Shown here in pieces: positions 36,972 through 48,937 of a stretch of DNA of 60,071 nucleotides (the first letter of the stretch is position 1; each line of letters begins with the position of its first letter). The notes beneath the pieces are model-generated. The model was not told where the DNA came from and searched no databases. It saw only the letters and a program-made list of their open reading frames with translations. This DNA comes from an uncultured Candidatus Peribacteria bacterium (GTDB lineage: Bacteria > Patescibacteriota > Gracilibacteria > Peribacterales > Peribacteraceae), in contig CAZEVM010000001.1 in the NCBI GenBank assembly GCA_964515645.1, forward strand, positions 1 to 60,071, given 5' to 3'. A program made the position numbers and the translations under genes.

Positions 36972-38085
36972 GATTTTTTTTCTATTGGCCGTATTGTTTC
37001 CTGTCGCTTCTGCGGCGCAGCCGGTGGATGATACGTATGTGACGGGAACCGTTGTTCAGATTGTCCGTCAGTACGAAGATCAACCTCTCGGCTTTTCGCG
37101 GACGGTGCAGGATGTCATGATCGAGTTGTCCGAAGGAAAAACTATTTCTCTTGAGCACGCGGTCGTTGCCGGGCAGGCAGGGTTGGGTTTGGTCGAGGAG
37201 GGGCAGCGCATCGTCTTAGAGCGCTTGCAAAAGGCTGACGGCTCTGTGGAATATTTTATCCGTGATGCCTATCGATTGCCTGCACTGCTGTGGCTGGCAG
37301 CCGGCTTTTTGATTCTTTCCGTATTATTTGGACGTGTGATCGGCGCCACGTCAGTACTCGGATTGGCCGTGAGCATCGTCATTCTTGTGGCGGTTGTCAT
37401 GCCGCTCATCGTCCGCGGCCATGATCCGCTACTCGTCAGCTTCGGCGGCGCTGTCGGCATCGCCTGCTCGTCGCTTCTTCTCGCTCATGGCTTTCGGCGC
37501 CGCACCTACATTGCGCTCGCCAGCACGCTGCTCTCGTTGGGGCTGTCGACGGTGCTCGCACTTTTTGCCGTGTGGCTGAGCCATTTGAGCGGGCTCGGCA
37601 GCGAGGAGACCGTCTTCCTTCAGGCAGGTAAACTGGCCGGCGTCAATCTGCAGGGTCTTTTGCTTGGCGGTATCATCATTGGTTGTCTCGGCGTTCTCGA
37701 TGACATCACCACTGCTCAGACTGCCGCCGTTGACGAGATTTGTCGCGCCAATCCGTCGCTCACCAAGTCCGCAGTGCTGCGTGCCGGCATGTCGGTAGGC
37801 CGCGAGCACATCGCCTCGCTTACCAATACCATCGCCTTAGCGTACGTCGGCGCCTCGTTCCCGCTGCTTCTGCTGCTTCAGGCCGAGAGTCAATTTCCAC
37901 TCTGGTCTACGCTGAATTTGGAGTTTTTTGCCGAGGAGATTGTCCGCACGCTCGTGGGCAGCACCACGCTTGTACTCGCCGTCCCGCTCTCTACCTGGTT
38001 GGCCGTCCGCTTCCTCCATGGCCGACACCGCGCCGGTGACGACGAGGCCTTCCACCACCATCACCACCATGGGCACGCTCTTTGA
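36952..38085 (+). CDS. YibE/F-family membrane protein with poly-His tail
   Basis: ORF 36952..38085. Signal/anchor, soluble N-domain, then multi-TM region typical of YibE/F. C-terminus HHHHHHGHAL. Overlaps both neighbours. Confidence 0.75.
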   Translation: MHTMLCKIFFLLAVLFPVASAAQPVDDTYVTGTVVQIVRQYEDQPLGFSRTVQDVMIELSEGKTISLEHAVVAGQAGLGLVEEGQRIVLERLQKADGSVEYFIRDAYRLPALLWLAAGFLILSVLFGRVIGATSVLGLAVSIVILVAVVMPLIVRGHDPLLVSFGGAVGIACSSLLLAHGFRRRTYIALASTLLSLGLSTVLALFAVWLSHLSGLGSEETVFLQAGKLAGVNLQGLLLGGIIIGCLGVLDDITTAQTAAVDEICRANPSLTKSAVLRAGMSVGREHIASLTNTIALAYVGASFPLLLLLQAESQFPLWSTLNLEFFAEEIVRTLVGSTTLVLAVPLSTWLAVRFLHGRHRAGDDEAFHHHHHHGHAL

Positions 38086-38878
38086 ACACGATTTCCTCAT
38101 CCGCGGTCTTGTCGCGGGCATGATCACAGCCGTCATCGCCCCCAGCGTCGGGCTGTTCCTCCTGACACGCCGTCTGACGTTCCTCGCCGACACACTCTCA
38201 CACGTGGCCCTGGCTGGACTGGCGGCTGCCAGCTTGGTCGGCACGTCTCCCCTCTTTGCCGCGACCGCCGCCAGCGTGGCCACGGCCGTGACGGTGGATG
38301 CATTGCGCGCCCGTGGGCGATTCTCAGGCGATGCGGGCTTATCACTCTTTCTTTCCGGTGGATTGGCCGTAGCGGCCATCCTGCTCAGCAAGGGCGGCGG
38401 ACAAGGGTTGCAACTGGGCAGCATGCTCTTCGGCAGTTTGGCGACCGTGTCGTGGCAAGAAGTGTGGCTGATTGGCGTGCTCGCCGTCATGAGCGGCATG
38501 GGTCTCGTGTTACTGCGTCACCAGCTCGTCGCCGTGAGTATCGATCCTGAAACGGCTGCAGCCAGCGGCATCTCGGTGCGTTTCGTTGATACGGCCTTGG
38601 CGGTGATAGCAGCCCTGACAGTCAGCGTTTCGCTCCGCGCCGTTGGTGTGCTGCTTGTTTCCGCCCTCATGGTGATCCCCTGCTTGGCCGCGCTCGAATT
38701 GAAGCAAGGCCTGCGCCGCACGTTCTTCGTGAGCATTCTTTTCGCCGAGCTGGCCGTACTCGTTGGCGTGCAGGCCGCGCTGACGTTCGACGTCTCCGCC
38801 GGTGGGGCCATCGTGGTGGTGGCTCTCCTCGAGTATTTCGCCTGCAGCCTGGCTCGCACGCTGCTGCGATTACGCTGA
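38069..38878 (+). CDS. znuB: zinc ABC transporter permease (ABC-3 family)
   Basis: Distal part of ORF 37928..38878 from MGTLFEHDFLIRGLVAG. ADTLSHVALAG motif. Confidence 0.88.
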   Translation: MGTLFEHDFLIRGLVAGMITAVIAPSVGLFLLTRRLTFLADTLSHVALAGLAAASLVGTSPLFAATAASVATAVTVDALRARGRFSGDAGLSLFLSGGLAVAAILLSKGGGQGLQLGSMLFGSLATVSWQEVWLIGVLAVMSGMGLVLLRHQLVAVSIDPETAAASGISVRFVDTALAVIAALTVSVSLRAVGVLLVSALMVIPCLAALELKQGLRRTFFVSILFAELAVLVGVQAALTFDVSAGGAIVVVALLEYFACSLARTLLRLR

Positions 38879-40234
38879 CATCTTCGCCTTCAAGAAGGCG
38901 ATGGCTTCTTTCTTCGTCGTGACGACTTTGTTCGTCTGGGCCTGCACCAGTTCGCGACTGAGCCGGCCGATCTCCTCGCCGGGGCGCAGTCCGAGCAATT
39001 CCATGATTTCTCCACCGTCGAGCAGTGGCTTCTCTGGGCGCGGGTGCGCGTCCAGGAAGGCATCACGGTCGTGCCGGATTCGTTCGAGCAGCGTGTAATC
39101 AGCCGGTGTGGTACCGGCGATGTCCAGGCGGAATAACTGCAGCAGCTCTGTAAACCAGGGATGGAAGTACCAGTGGGCCTTGCGCTCGTCGGAGAGTTCC
39201 AAGAACGTCATGTGCATGTGGTGGCGGATGAGCCACACGATCTTCTCGCGGCGCTTGGCGGGACACTGCAATCGTCCGAGGATCTTCTCGGTTTCGTCGG
39301 CGGAGACGGACGCATGGCCATCGAAGCGGATGCGCTCCTGCAGGCTGAATGTTTCGGATTTGCCGATATCATGGAAGAGCGCGGCCAGGCGCACATCGCT
39401 GCCATCCTCGGCTTCGAACGAGGCGACGCACTGCATGAGGTGCTCGAAGACATCTCCTTCTTTGTGGTAGTCGCGCGGTTGCGGCACGCCATGGCAGGCA
39501 TCTACCTCGGGCAGCAACGCCAGCATGGCGCCGGTGTCACGCCAGTCGCGCAGCGCACGATCGGGATGCGGGCCGTTCAACAGTTTCTCCAATTCCTGGA
39601 AGACGCGCCCTAGTGAAAGGTTCTTCAGGATGCCAGCTTCTGACTGCAGCGCATCGAAGGTCCTCGGCTCGTATTGGCCGTCGATCGCCGCCCGCAGGCG
39701 CATGGCGCGAAGGGCGCGCAATGCATCGTGGCGGAGGCGTACCACCGGATCGCCAATGAAGCGCACCAAGCGTTCGGTGAGGTCTTTCTCGCCGTTGTAC
39801 GGATCGAAGAGCTCGCGCGAGATTGGCTGCCAGTAGAGGCAGTTCACGGTGAAGTCGCGACGAGCGGCATCTTGCTCGCGGGTGCCGAACGCGACCGTTT
39901 CCGGACGGCGACCGTCGGATGCCTCTCCTTCCACGCGGAACGTGGTGAGCTCGAAAACATGCCCGCCCAGCGCGACGCGGCTCGTGCCGAGCGCGGCGTC
40001 GGAGATGTCGGCATCGGGGAAAATGTCACGCACCCGTTCGGGCGGGCACGAGACGGCGATGTCGATGTCGAGGGGCACGATGCCCAGGAGCATGTCACGC
40101 ACGGCGCCTCCCACCCACCAGGCTTCTGCCCCAGCGTCGAGCAGGGCCTCGACGATCTTGTAGGCCCGCTCGCCTTGGGGCGAAGCGAGCGTCTTGTCGG
40201 CGATATCCTTGGGGATGGCCATCGGCTCCATCAT
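38870..40234 (-). CDS. cca: CCA-adding enzyme / poly(A) polymerase-family nucleotidyltransferase with HD domain
   Basis: ORF 38870..40234. GGAVRDMLLG, DIDIAV, RDFTVN, HD motif LFHDIGK. Confidence 0.85.
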   Translation of the reverse strand: MMEPMAIPKDIADKTLASPQGERAYKIVEALLDAGAEAWWVGGAVRDMLLGIVPLDIDIAVSCPPERVRDIFPDADISDAALGTSRVALGGHVFELTTFRVEGEASDGRRPETVAFGTREQDAARRDFTVNCLYWQPISRELFDPYNGEKDLTERLVRFIGDPVVRLRHDALRALRAMRLRAAIDGQYEPRTFDALQSEAGILKNLSLGRVFQELEKLLNGPHPDRALRDWRDTGAMLALLPEVDACHGVPQPRDYHKEGDVFEHLMQCVASFEAEDGSDVRLAALFHDIGKSETFSLQERIRFDGHASVSADETEKILGRLQCPAKRREKIVWLIRHHMHMTFLELSDERKAHWYFHPWFTELLQLFRLDIAGTTPADYTLLERIRHDRDAFLDAHPRPEKPLLDGGEIMELLGLRPGEEIGRLSRELVQAQTNKVVTTKKEAIAFLKAKMSA

Positions 40235-40263
40235 GCCAGAGACAAGTGCGCTATGCTGGAGTC

Positions 40264-41091
40264 ATGCTTCGCATCGCGGTCGCCGGCACTCCCCTCTCCA
40301 CTCCCGGTTCGGGTGGCACCGTGAAAGGCATCGCCTACGCGGCGTCGCTCGGCATCAAGGCGATGGAGATCGAGTGGGTGCAGTCGGTGCCCAAGGAGCC
40401 GCGCCGCATGGCGGAGATCCTGGCCGCTGCGGAAGTCAACGACGTCTCGCTCACGGTCCATGCGCCGTACTACGTGAACCTCAACTCACCTGAGCCGGCC
40501 AAGCTGGCCGCCAGCATCACGCGCGTGACGGACGCCCTCACCATGGCGCAGCTCTGTGGGGCGTGGTCGGTCTGCGTGCACGCGGCGTTCTACTTGAAGG
40601 ATCCGCCGGAGAAGGCGCTCGATCGCGTGCGGAAAGCCGTGGAGAAAATCCTCAAGCGCAAGGCCGCGCAGTTCCCCGACGTGAACCTGGCCCTCGAGAC
40701 CATGGGCAAGCACAGCCAGTTCGGCACGGTCGACGAGGTTCTCATCATCAGTAAGGAGTTCGATCTGTTCCCCTGCGTCGACCCGGCCCATCTGCACGCG
40801 CGCGCCAACGGCGGCGTGAATACCATCAAGGAGTGGGACGCGCTCTTCGATCAATACGCCAAGGTGCTCGGCAAGAAGTCGTTGAAGAAGATGCACATGC
40901 ACTACTCGGGCATCGAGTACACCGCGGCCGGCGAGCGCTACCATCTTCCTTTTAAGGAGAGCGACGCGCGTTGGGAGGATTTTTTGAAGGTGCTCAAGAA
41001 GCGCGAGATCGGCGGCCAGCTCGTCTGCGAGTCGCCGGCTATGGAAAAGGATACGATTCTGCTCATGAAGGCGTACGAGAAGCTGCGGTGA
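40264..41091 (+). CDS. AP-endonuclease-2 / xylose-isomerase-like TIM-barrel protein (endonuclease IV-like)
   Basis: ORF 40246..41091. ATG 40264 lies 6 nt after TATGCT. LTVHAPYYVNL, VCVHAAFY, NLALETMG, DPAHLHA. Confidence 0.7.
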   Translation: MLRIAVAGTPLSTPGSGGTVKGIAYAASLGIKAMEIEWVQSVPKEPRRMAEILAAAEVNDVSLTVHAPYYVNLNSPEPAKLAASITRVTDALTMAQLCGAWSVCVHAAFYLKDPPEKALDRVRKAVEKILKRKAAQFPDVNLALETMGKHSQFGTVDEVLIISKEFDLFPCVDPAHLHARANGGVNTIKEWDALFDQYAKVLGKKSLKKMHMHYSGIEYTAAGERYHLPFKESDARWEDFLKVLKKREIGGQLVCESPAMEKDTILLMKAYEKLR

Positions 41092-41105
41092 AAAGACAAG
41101 GAAAA

Positions 41106-41133
41106 TTGACAAAATGGCAGAAATTAGTATTGT
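41106..41133 (+). promoter_or_regulatory. sigma70-type promoter giving a leaderless mRNA
   Basis: TTGACA-16 nt-TATTGT ends 6 nt before ATG 41140. The spacer core GCAGAAATTAGTAT is shared with the promoter at 57365. Confidence 0.55.
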
Positions 41134-41139
41134 AAGCGT

Positions 41140-42099
41140 ATGAAGTCACAGGAACAGATCGACTCCGCCGAACGTGGCATTCTTGGTGGCGAAGAGGAAT
41201 ATTTGAAAGATTGGGTGAAAGACACGAAACGCTGGGAGGCTCTTGGTTTGTATCTGAAGGTTGCCGAATTTGCCGCTCCTCAGAACGGTCGTTTCACGGT
41301 CGACATCGGCACCGGCCTTGGGATGCAGTTGGTCTTTTTAGCCGCTGCAAACGAAAGAGGTCTCTACGTTGGCACGGAGCGTACGCCCCGCAACGTCGAA
41401 CTCGCCAAGCGGTATTTGAACGAACTCGGTCTCGATGCCGTCACGATGTTGCTGACGCAGGGATTGGCGGTCGATGCGGAGGACCGGTTGTTCTGGGAGC
41501 AGCGCCATCTGCCGCATCTCAAGTCCATCCGTCCCCAGATTCGTGCCGCGTTGGAGCAACAGGTCTTGTTGATGGATGACGACATTCGCCGGCCGCAGTC
41601 GTTGCCGGTAGTACTCGATGGTGAAAAGGTGGATACGGCCATTCTCTCGTTGCCCGGTGGCTCGGCCTCACGCGCGTACGAGTGGCCGTTTGTGGCTGAG
41701 CAGATTGATCAACATGAGGTACGACGCCGCACTGTTCAGGTCAGTAACGATACTCGAGCCGGTTTCTACCATTTCGCTTCTCAGACCGTCCGCGACGGTG
41801 GTAAGGCGATCGTGGCTGAACGCCTGACGTCGGACGACACGGATGGCGCCGGATCGGCCCTCGCTCTCATCTCACAGCAGATGGGGCCGTACGCGAAGTA
41901 CTGGCGCGCGGGCCGCGTCGCCATGATGAAGTCGAACGAGCTGCCGCAGCAGGTCACGTTGTTGGCGACGCACGAAGGCCGGCAACTGGGAAAAGCTGAT
42001 CTGCAGAAGTACGGCCTCCAAATGCGGTTGGCCATCATCGAACTCTTCCGGAACAAGAAGGCCTTCGATGAGGCGCCGCTGCCCGAGCCGCGGAAGTGA
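41140..42099 (+). CDS. putative class-I SAM-dependent methyltransferase-like protein
   Basis: ORF 41140..42099. VDIGTGLG motif-I-like segment. Otherwise no recognisable motif. Confidence 0.6.
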   Translation: MKSQEQIDSAERGILGGEEEYLKDWVKDTKRWEALGLYLKVAEFAAPQNGRFTVDIGTGLGMQLVFLAAANERGLYVGTERTPRNVELAKRYLNELGLDAVTMLLTQGLAVDAEDRLFWEQRHLPHLKSIRPQIRAALEQQVLLMDDDIRRPQSLPVVLDGEKVDTAILSLPGGSASRAYEWPFVAEQIDQHEVRRRTVQVSNDTRAGFYHFASQTVRDGGKAIVAERLTSDDTDGAGSALALISQQMGPYAKYWRAGRVAMMKSNELPQQVTLLATHEGRQLGKADLQKYGLQMRLAIIELFRNKKAFDEAPLPEPRK

Positions 42100-42213
42100 G
42101 CGGATCATCAGGCATGTTCGCTTCTCTGCTTTCTGCAGGGCTTTTTTCGTACTGAGTGAAGTCAGGCAAATGGCTTTGACCGTGGCCGCTGCAAGAGAGT
42201 AGAACGCTAGGAA

Positions 42214-43335
42214 ATGCTGCGCTCCTCCCCCACTCCCGCGTCTGGCCCGCAGTTGTCGCGCCGGACCTTCCTCACGCTCGGCTCCACGCTGGCGGCCGTC
42301 GCGGCCATTGGCGGCCAAACAAAGGCGGCTGCCGGGCGCGCATTGAAGCCGATCATCTTGGTGTGGGAAGACGGCGGCGCGAGCTCGATCGAGACGTTCG
42401 ACGCCAAGCCGGATTCGCCGGCGGAGGTCCGAGGTACCTGGGGCGCCATCCCCGCCAAGACAGGCGCGATGTTCTGCGATCACTTTCCGCTGACGGCAAG
42501 CCACGCCGATGAACTTTCGGTCATCCGGGCCATCCAATCGAAAGAAAGCAGCCATGGCGGAGGTATTCGGGAGTACATGGGCGATCCGACGCTCGCATTG
42601 CAATACAAGCGCGGCGGCGTGAAGTACACCACCATCCACGTGCCGGGTGGATTCGGCTTCATCGATTCCGCCCACCAAGCCAACAAGGCCGACTTTAAGA
42701 TCGAATGGAGCAGCGAAAGAAATGCGTACGTCCCGCCGAGCTTAGAGCCGGTTGTCGGTCGTGAGCGCTTGCAGCAGCGACGCGAACTTTTGCGCTCGTT
42801 CAGCGATGAGCCCCTGAGCCGTGATCAAGAACTCGGTCTGGATCTGCTCTTGGGTGGAGGTCAGCTGCGTGAGGCATTTGCGCTGCCAGATGAGGATCGC
42901 GAAGCGTACGGAAAAAGCCCGACAGGTGATGCCATGCTGCTCGCGGAGCGGCTGGCCGACGCAGGCGCTTCGTTTGTGACGGTCAATGTTGGGAACTTCG
43001 ACGTGCATGACAGGATGTACGACCGCCTGAATGCGATCGTTCCGTCCCTCGATCGGGCCTTGGCGACACTGCTGTTGCGTAATCACGACAAAGTCATCGC
43101 GGTCTGCGGCGAGTTCAACCGCACGCCCGTCATCAACAACAGCGGCGGCCGCGACCATTGGACCGATGCGAACACGGCCCTTCTGAACGGCAAACCCGGC
43201 GTCTATGGCTCCACCGACCGCTTCGGCCGCGCCAGGGATGGAGTCGTCACGACGAAGCAGTATCGAAATACGATCTTGGCGCTGGCCGGCGTCGAAGGCC
43301 TGCCCGGAAATGAGATGATAACCCAGGTGCTCTGA
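42214..43335 (+). CDS. DUF1501-family (sulfatase-fold) protein with twin-arginine signal
   Basis: ORF 42214..43335. SRRTFLTLGSTLAAVAA Tat-like signal. C-terminal GGRDHW motif typical of DUF1501. Confidence 0.75.
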   Translation: MLRSSPTPASGPQLSRRTFLTLGSTLAAVAAIGGQTKAAAGRALKPIILVWEDGGASSIETFDAKPDSPAEVRGTWGAIPAKTGAMFCDHFPLTASHADELSVIRAIQSKESSHGGGIREYMGDPTLALQYKRGGVKYTTIHVPGGFGFIDSAHQANKADFKIEWSSERNAYVPPSLEPVVGRERLQQRRELLRSFSDEPLSRDQELGLDLLLGGGQLREAFALPDEDREAYGKSPTGDAMLLAERLADAGASFVTVNVGNFDVHDRMYDRLNAIVPSLDRALATLLLRNHDKVIAVCGEFNRTPVINNSGGRDHWTDANTALLNGKPGVYGSTDRFGRARDGVVTTKQYRNTILALAGVEGLPGNEMITQVL

Positions 43336-43395
43336 GGGTCGCGAGAAAACGCTGTTCCTGGTATAATGACGGCGTACTTCTCACCCCTCCGAGAC

Positions 43396-44403
<1,008 letters not shown>

Positions 44404-44404
44404 C

Positions 44405-45418
44405 TTAGTCTCGATCGACGAAGATACCGCCATAGTCGGCGGCTTCTTCGTCGTCCCAGGCGTCGTCGCGCTCAATCACGCCAGTGGCGTCGTCCTCATC
44501 TTCGCCGTCGTGCTCGGGTTCGTCGGGATCGGGGCGGCTTGCGGCTGACGGTCGGGAGATGGTGCGCTCGGTCTTGGGCCGGCGGTCGTTGATGGCTTTG
44601 AGCAGCTTGAGGCGCTCGGCCATGAGGAAGTTTTTGGCCGTGACGAGGCCCAGTTCGGCGGCTTCCTTCTTCTGGAGCTGCTGCGCCTTCGTCACCCAGG
44701 CCGCGGCAATGCCGACCGCTTCGATGGCGTCGGCGCCAAGGTCCTTCAAGAGCGCCGATACCTGCTCCCACGATTGCAGCTCGCCAGCCCGCATTGAACG
44801 GATGAAGGCTTGGAAGCCGCGAATACTCATCTCTTGAAACGACGCCGGACGCTCCTTACGCCAGTTTTGCAGCGTCGCTTCGGGGCGGCGTGCCAGCAGC
44901 AGGTCAATCTCGAGGCCCAGCGGATCCTTCTGCCCCTCTGCGGCCAAAACGTCCTTCGCATTCTTGCGCCACACCAGATGCTGGTCGAGCTCGTGCATGT
45001 TCATGGCGTTGGCGATCTTCTGCCAGGTCTGCCACTTCACGTCGTGCACGTCGCTGCCTTCGCGGCGGCGGGGGTCGCCGTGAAGGATGTACGTCAGGGC
45101 GCTCACGCTCACGCCGGCCTTTTTGGCAAATGTCTCTTGCGTGTGCCGGCGGATGCCGGCGATCACCACCGATTCAATCGTGTCTTTGGCCTGGCCCTCG
45201 TAACGGGATTCGATGTCCGCTTTTGTTCCGGCATCAAAGGGCAGAGCCGCCAAGAGGCGGTCCAATTTTTCGCGGGTGACTCTTTCTTGGCCAAGAACAT
45301 TTTTTTGGAGCGAAATTCCATACTCCACCCGCACTCCTTCCACCGTCATGCCAAGGCTGCCAATGGCCTCTCGCAAGAATTGGCCGAAATCATCGGGTTG
45401 GTGAATCGGTGTACTCAT
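44405..45418 (-). CDS. HTH-domain protein with acidic C-terminal tail, unknown function
   Basis: ORF 44405..45418. XRE-like segment QETFAKKAGVSVSALTYILHG. C-terminus DEPEHDGEDEDD...DDEEAADY. Sits immediately downstream of dnaK. Confidence 0.6.
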   Translation of the reverse strand: MSTPIHQPDDFGQFLREAIGSLGMTVEGVRVEYGISLQKNVLGQERVTREKLDRLLAALPFDAGTKADIESRYEGQAKDTIESVVIAGIRRHTQETFAKKAGVSVSALTYILHGDPRRREGSDVHDVKWQTWQKIANAMNMHELDQHLVWRKNAKDVLAAEGQKDPLGLEIDLLLARRPEATLQNWRKERPASFQEMSIRGFQAFIRSMRAGELQSWEQVSALLKDLGADAIEAVGIAAAWVTKAQQLQKKEAAELGLVTAKNFLMAERLKLLKAINDRRPKTERTISRPSAASRPDPDEPEHDGEDEDDATGVIERDDAWDDEEAADYGGIFVDRD

Positions 45419-45517
45419 ACCCTATCTATGACACTATTTATGAATATAGGCAACAGTCGTGTTTTGCTTCTCAATAACAAAAAAGGCCCGCTTTGGCGGG
45501 CCCTTTGGCTAAAATGC

Positions 45518-47404
<1,887 letters not shown>

Positions 47405-47463
47405 AGTGGGGAGTGGAACGGGCTAATTATCACTCGGTAGTTTAGAGTGATAACTGTCGCCGG

Positions 47464-48171
47464 TCAAGAGGCACGATTGGGTTCCGCGGTGACGTTGAGT
47501 TGGCTGCGTGATTCTCCAAAAAGACTGCGCTCGTTGCTGAGAATGGCGGCCGACACGAGAGCAACCGGATGAATGGGAAAGCTGCCGCTTTTGTAGGTCA
47601 TGCTGATCCACCTTGCCGCTCGGCCGGGGCCGAATGCTTCCATGTCTGCCTGGACGCGGCTTGCGTACTCTTCGATGGAGGCGCATGGCGGCAACGTAGC
47701 ATCGACCGCTGCGCGGCTGACGCGCACCAGCCCGTTCACGAACCGCCACGGCACAATGACACGGCCTTCCCGTTCGATGGTGCCATCGTTCATCTCGACG
47801 TCCACAATCGGAATCACCTCGCCAAGGAGCCGCCGGGCCAGCGGCACAATTCTAAAGATCGGCAATGTGGCGTGTGCTCCCTGCTCCGCGCGTTGTTTCA
47901 CCATGGCGCTGGCGAAAACTGGCGCGTCTTCTGAGGCTAATGCCGCGGACGCGCGATCAAAGGCCTCTTCGTGGCTCACGTCCTCCGGAGACCGCAGTGC
48001 GCCAAAGAGCGCCGTGCGGCAGAGCTGCGTCGCGACCGAAAGTCCGATGTGCTGCCTCACTTGAAAGATTGGCTCTGTTCCCTGCATGTCCAAGCCGATC
48101 GCAAGGTGCATTTCCGACTTGATGCGGAGACAGTCGTCGAGGGCCTGGAGCGGTTGCTTGTCGGGCGTCAT
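47464..48171 (-). CDS. hypothetical protein (dnaK-upstream paralog 2)
   Basis: ORF 47464..48171. ATGA overlap with the upstream gene. Distant colinear similarity to 48168..48917. Confidence 0.6.
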   Translation of the reverse strand: MTPDKQPLQALDDCLRIKSEMHLAIGLDMQGTEPIFQVRQHIGLSVATQLCRTALFGALRSPEDVSHEEAFDRASAALASEDAPVFASAMVKQRAEQGAHATLPIFRIVPLARRLLGEVIPIVDVEMNDGTIEREGRVIVPWRFVNGLVRVSRAAVDATLPPCASIEEYASRVQADMEAFGPGRAARWISMTYKSGSFPIHPVALVSAAILSNERSLFGESRSQLNVTAEPNRAS

Positions 48172-48917
48172 GCCTCAAGGGTAGGAAGAGCGGAACGCAG
48201 CTGACGCTCGCACTCACGCATTGTCTGGGGCTTGTCCGATGATGGGATGCTACGACTGATCTCCAGGGCCGCCGCGCCAGCCAAGGCATGAGATGAAAAT
48301 AGGCAACGTTCGTCCTGGGGAAACCAGGCCGTGATGATGTCGGAAGCGTAGTCGGCGCCGTGCTCGCCGATAGCGTTCATCAAGTTTCTGCGCAGACTCT
48401 GGAGTGGCATCTCGGGCTGCCAAACTTTGTTGAACACGTTTTGAACAATGTGTCGCACGATTCCATACGGAATATTCGTGCGTTCCGGCAGCTCGTCATT
48501 GGGGTCATAAGTGAGCCAATCCTTCGGGGGTAGCGCTTCTTCGAGTAGCGCCTTGGTGACGCTCATAATCCGCTTGGGCTTCAGAGATTGACTGGTTGAT
48601 GTGACGCTTTTTAGAAGAGACCTCATCGTCGGTATGTCCGTGGCGTGGCGCAGTTGATGTTGAATGGAGTAGTGCACCAAGGCCGGCGTAGGATGTGTGA
48701 TTTTCTGCATGCACTGTTGCAGTGCCGCTCGAAACAACTGCGAACCTGCGTCGACATAGGACAACATCTGTCGCTGCTTGGGACTGACTGACGGTTCGCT
48801 CGCAAGAACATCGCGAAGTAATTTTTCGTCAAACACGAGGCAATCCTCCAATACCTGCCATTGCGTATCATTGCGATTCATCAGCAATATCTTGTCAATT
48901 TCGCTGCTTTTCCGCAA
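48168..48917 (-). CDS. hypothetical protein (dnaK-upstream paralog 1)
   Basis: ORF 48168..48917 (TTG start; ATG 48881 is an alternative). No recognisable motif. Confidence 0.6.
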   Translation of the reverse strand: MRKSSEIDKILLMNRNDTQWQVLEDCLVFDEKLLRDVLASEPSVSPKQRQMLSYVDAGSQLFRAALQQCMQKITHPTPALVHYSIQHQLRHATDIPTMRSLLKSVTSTSQSLKPKRIMSVTKALLEEALPPKDWLTYDPNDELPERTNIPYGIVRHIVQNVFNKVWQPEMPLQSLRRNLMNAIGEHGADYASDIITAWFPQDERCLFSSHALAGAAALEISRSIPSSDKPQTMRECERQLRSALPTLEA

Positions 48918-48937
48918 GAAATCGCTATACTCGGGTC

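Noticed and set aside
36918-38085. Poly-His stretches that could indicate expression-vector (His-tag) contamination.
   Set aside because: The runs use mixed CAC/CAT codons and extend to 9 His plus GHAHDAL. They sit at native C-termini within an intact zur-znu operon and overlap the next gene's start codon. There are no vector-like flanks.
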